From Geminicoccaceae bacterium (GTDB lineage Bacteria; Pseudomonadota; Alphaproteobacteria; Geminicoccales; Geminicoccaceae): DNA of 64,000 bases. The translations under genes and the position numbers were made by a program. The notes under the pieces were generated by a model, which was not told where the DNA came from, did no database searches, and saw only the letters and a list, made by a program, of their open reading frames with translations. The stretch's first letter is position 1. Each line of letters opens with the position of its first letter. Below, in pieces: positions 61,714 to 64,000 of this stretch. The stretch spans positions 6,002 through 70,001 of the forward strand of contig JBHJHH010000032.1 of NCBI GenBank assembly GCA_050331015.1, read 5' to 3'.

Positions 61714-63116
61714 CGCGGGCGCAGGCGAAACGACGGTATCGGCTGCGGATAGGTGGTCACCACCGCCGTTGGCATGATCGCCCGCCGACGCACCAGCTCG
61801 ATCCGCCAGTGCTTCAGGATATGCGCCAGGACCAGGCTCGCTTCGATCAGCGCAAACGCCTTGCCGATGCACACGCGCGGGCCGACGCCGAACGGCAGAT
61901 AGCTGTACTTCTCGGGCGCCGGCGCGCCTGGAAGGAAACGCGTCGGATCGAAGCGATCCGGCTCCGCCCAGCGCTTTTCGTGCCGGTGCAGCACCCAGGG
62001 CGCGATCGCCACGAGGGTATCGGCCGGAATGTCATGCCCGGCGAGCGTGTCGGCTCCGATGGATTCGCGCACGATGGAAAACGCCGGCGGATACAGCCGC
62101 AGCGATTCCTGCACGACGGCGTGAGCCCAGGGCAACTGGCCGGTGGCATCGCGCCCAGGCGCGGTCAGGGCAGCGCTCGCCTGCGCCTCATTCGCAACGA
62201 TGTCTTGAATGTCCGGTGCCAGGGCCAGCATGTAGAACGCCCAGAACAGGCTGAGTGCCGTGGTCTCGTGACCGGCGATGATGAAGGTCGCGAACTGGTC
62301 GCGCAGCTCTTCGGCTGTGAACCCGCGGCCGGTTTCCGGATCGCGCGCGGTGGCCATCAGGTCGTACAGATCGCGCGCCGGCTCGTGTACGCCCTTGGCC
62401 TCACGCGCGGCCACGAGCTTGCCGATCACGCCCAGCCAGGCCCTGCCGAAGCGCTTGCGCGCCAGATCCTGCGGGCTTTGGAAGCGGCGCGACAGCAGCA
62501 GATCCCAAAAAGACGGCAGCGCCAGGCTGGCGCCGTAGCGCTCGAAGGTGCCGCGCAGCTCGTCGCGAAAACCGGCCATTTCCGTGGAAAACATCGATCG
62601 CCCGGCGACCTCCAGCGCGATCTCCTGCGCGACGTGCAACAGGCTGATCGCCGTGGTCGGCCGTGCGCGCATGCGCGCCAGCGTCTCATCGCAAACGGCC
62701 ACCGTCGTCTGCGCCATGATATCCAGCGAACGCGGCGCAAAGGCCGGCGCCAGCGTGCGCCGCTGAAAGCTCCAATCGTCGCCCTCGGCCAGGAACAGCC
62801 CCTGGCCGATCACCGGGCCTAGAATGCGTTCGGTCGCCGGCGTGCGCCGATAATTGCCGGCATTGTCCACCAGGACGCGGCGAATGCCGTCCGGATGGTT
62901 CAAGAAGATGCTCGTGCGGCCCAGGAACGGCCGGACGAACACCTCCATGCGGTAGGCATCGGCGGCGTAGGTCGGCAGGATGTTGCGGCGCATGGCCGGG
63001 ATCAGGGCAACCAGCGGCAGCGGGCCCTTCGCTGGCTTGGGCTTGGGCGGGTAGACCGGGATGTGATCCTTGGGCAGGCGCCAGGGGGAGGTATCCAGAT
63101 CGGGCGCTGCGGACAT
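61710..63116 (-). CDS. Cytochrome P450
   Basis: Heme-binding loop FLPFGVGPRVCIGKAFA, I-helix AGHETT and ESLR (ExxR). Internal ATG 63116. Confidence 0.85.
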   Translation of the reverse strand: MSAAPDLDTSPWRLPKDHIPVYPPKPKPAKGPLPLVALIPAMRRNILPTYAADAYRMEVFVRPFLGRTSIFLNHPDGIRRVLVDNAGNYRRTPATERILGPVIGQGLFLAEGDDWSFQRRTLAPAFAPRSLDIMAQTTVAVCDETLARMRARPTTAISLLHVAQEIALEVAGRSMFSTEMAGFRDELRGTFERYGASLALPSFWDLLLSRRFQSPQDLARKRFGRAWLGVIGKLVAAREAKGVHEPARDLYDLMATARDPETGRGFTAEELRDQFATFIIAGHETTALSLFWAFYMLALAPDIQDIVANEAQASAALTAPGRDATGQLPWAHAVVQESLRLYPPAFSIVRESIGADTLAGHDIPADTLVAIAPWVLHRHEKRWAEPDRFDPTRFLPGAPAPEKYSYLPFGVGPRVCIGKAFALIEASLVLAHILKHWRIELVRRRAIMPTAVVTTYPQPIPSFRLRPR

Positions 63117-63348
63117 GCGCACTCCTTTCTCGCAACTGCACCATGATGTAGCGCGCCGGACGGCTGGTGCCAGCCATGAGCGGAACAGGGCGGTCGCTTG
63201 TCCGTTGCCGCCGAGGGCGTAACCACCTCCGGACGGGCCCCATCCAAACGGCGACACTTGGCGAACGTGCGTCTTGGACTTGGCCCAAGGCCGGCAAGGC
63301 ACTACCAAAAGCGGCGTGTACCAGGGCGCGATCGGGAGAACGGCATCC

Positions 63349-64000
63349 ATGCAACGCTTTGATTACGATTTCTATGTCATTGGCGCCGGCTCCGGCGGCA
63401 CACGCGCCGGGCGCATCGCGGCCGGTCATGGCGCGCGCGTGGCCGTGGCCGAGCGCAAGTATCTCGGCGGCACTTGTGTCAATGTCGGGTGCGTGCCGAA
63501 GAAGCTGATGACCTTTGCCGCCGGCTACGCCCATCACTTCGAGGATGCGAAGGGTTTCGGCTGGAGCGAGGCCGATGCCGCCCATGACTGGCGCACCCTG
63601 ATTGCCAACAAAGATCGCGAGATCGAGCGCCTCAACAGCGTCTATCAGCGCCTGATCACCGGCGCCGGCGCCGATCTGCACTGGGGCGATGCCCGGGTGA
63701 TCGATCCGCACACGGTCGAGATCGACGGCCGGCAGCACACCGCCGAGCGCATCCTGGTCGCCACAGGTGGCCGGCCGGTGCTCCCCGACATTCCGGGTGT
63801 GCGCGAACATGGCATCACCTCTGACGATGTCTTCTATCTGCCAGAGATGCCCAAGCGCGTGCTGCTGGTCGGCGCCGGCTATATCGGCATCGAGTTCGGC
63901 GGCATCTTTGCCCGCCTCGGTGCCGAGGTCACGCTGATCCACCGCGGCCAGCTCATCCTGAACACCGGGTTCGACACCGAGGTGCGTCAGTTCCTGCAAG
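63349..64000 (+). CDS. gor: Glutathione-disulfide reductase (3' end beyond window)
   Basis: Own translation from ATG 63349: MQRFDYDFYVIGAGSGGTRAGR...GGTCVNVGCVPKKLM...VGAGYIGIEF. The frame is open to the last base, and it is absent from the ORF track because no stop is reached. Confidence 0.9.
   Translation, partial: MQRFDYDFYVIGAGSGGTRAGRIAAGHGARVAVAERKYLGGTCVNVGCVPKKLMTFAAGYAHHFEDAKGFGWSEADAAHDWRTLIANKDREIERLNSVYQRLITGAGADLHWGDARVIDPHTVEIDGRQHTAERILVATGGRPVLPDIPGVREHGITSDDVFYLPEMPKRVLLVGAGYIGIEFGGIFARLGAEVTLIHRGQLILNTGFDTEVRQFLQ

Overview
This is a 64-kb, high-GC (about two-thirds G+C by eye) chromosomal segment. Gene content and local synteny look like a free-living alphaproteobacterium. 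All functional calls come from my own recognition of motifs and families in the supplied translations; no database search was run.

About 60 densely packed protein genes lie on both strands, and nearly all are housekeeping:
- yidC (5' truncated), engB, a DUF4126 gene and argB
- the F0 ATP-synthase operon atpI-B-E-F'-F
- an unusually long smc
- a dsbA-like gene, a DUF721 (DciA-like) gene and mutY
- OmpA-like and AsmA-like envelope genes
- yraN, rsmI and an LpoA-like lipoprotein
- the TCA block mdh-sucC-sucD-sucA-sucB-lpdA
- a butanediol-dehydrogenase-like ADH and an RND pump (adaptor plus transporter, no outer-membrane factor)
- a sugar epimerase, an ABC-F ATPase, ppa, hemF and trmL
- petABC (cytochrome bc1)
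- a disulfide reductase/TVP38 pair and a ProX/PTP-like pair
- the spermidine block speH-speE-odc
- an M20 hydrolase, MT-A70 methyltransferase and lipoprotein operon
- DUF3179, DinB, and a HyuA-like gene paired with a Tat-exported MBL hydrolase
- rlmE-ppx, a CDGSH protein, DUF218, a P450 and gor (3' truncated)

I see no rRNA, tRNA, CRISPR array, transposase, integrase, prophage or recognisable defence genes.

The structures the gene list does not explain are:
1. Seven head-to-tail 20-bp repeats directly after the petC terminator (44611-44750).
2. A 1.1-kb, very GC-rich stretch between rsmI and yraN (17619-18711) with no credible ORF.
3. A CtrA-box-like site plus a GANTC-containing perfect palindrome upstream of the spermidine operon.
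4. An orphan MT-A70 methyltransferase translationally coupled to a peptidase and a lipoprotein.
5. Several small peculiarities: a symmetrically lengthened SMC, convergent gene overlaps and period-14 micro-duplications at gene 3' ends.

None of these can be assigned a function from sequence alone.
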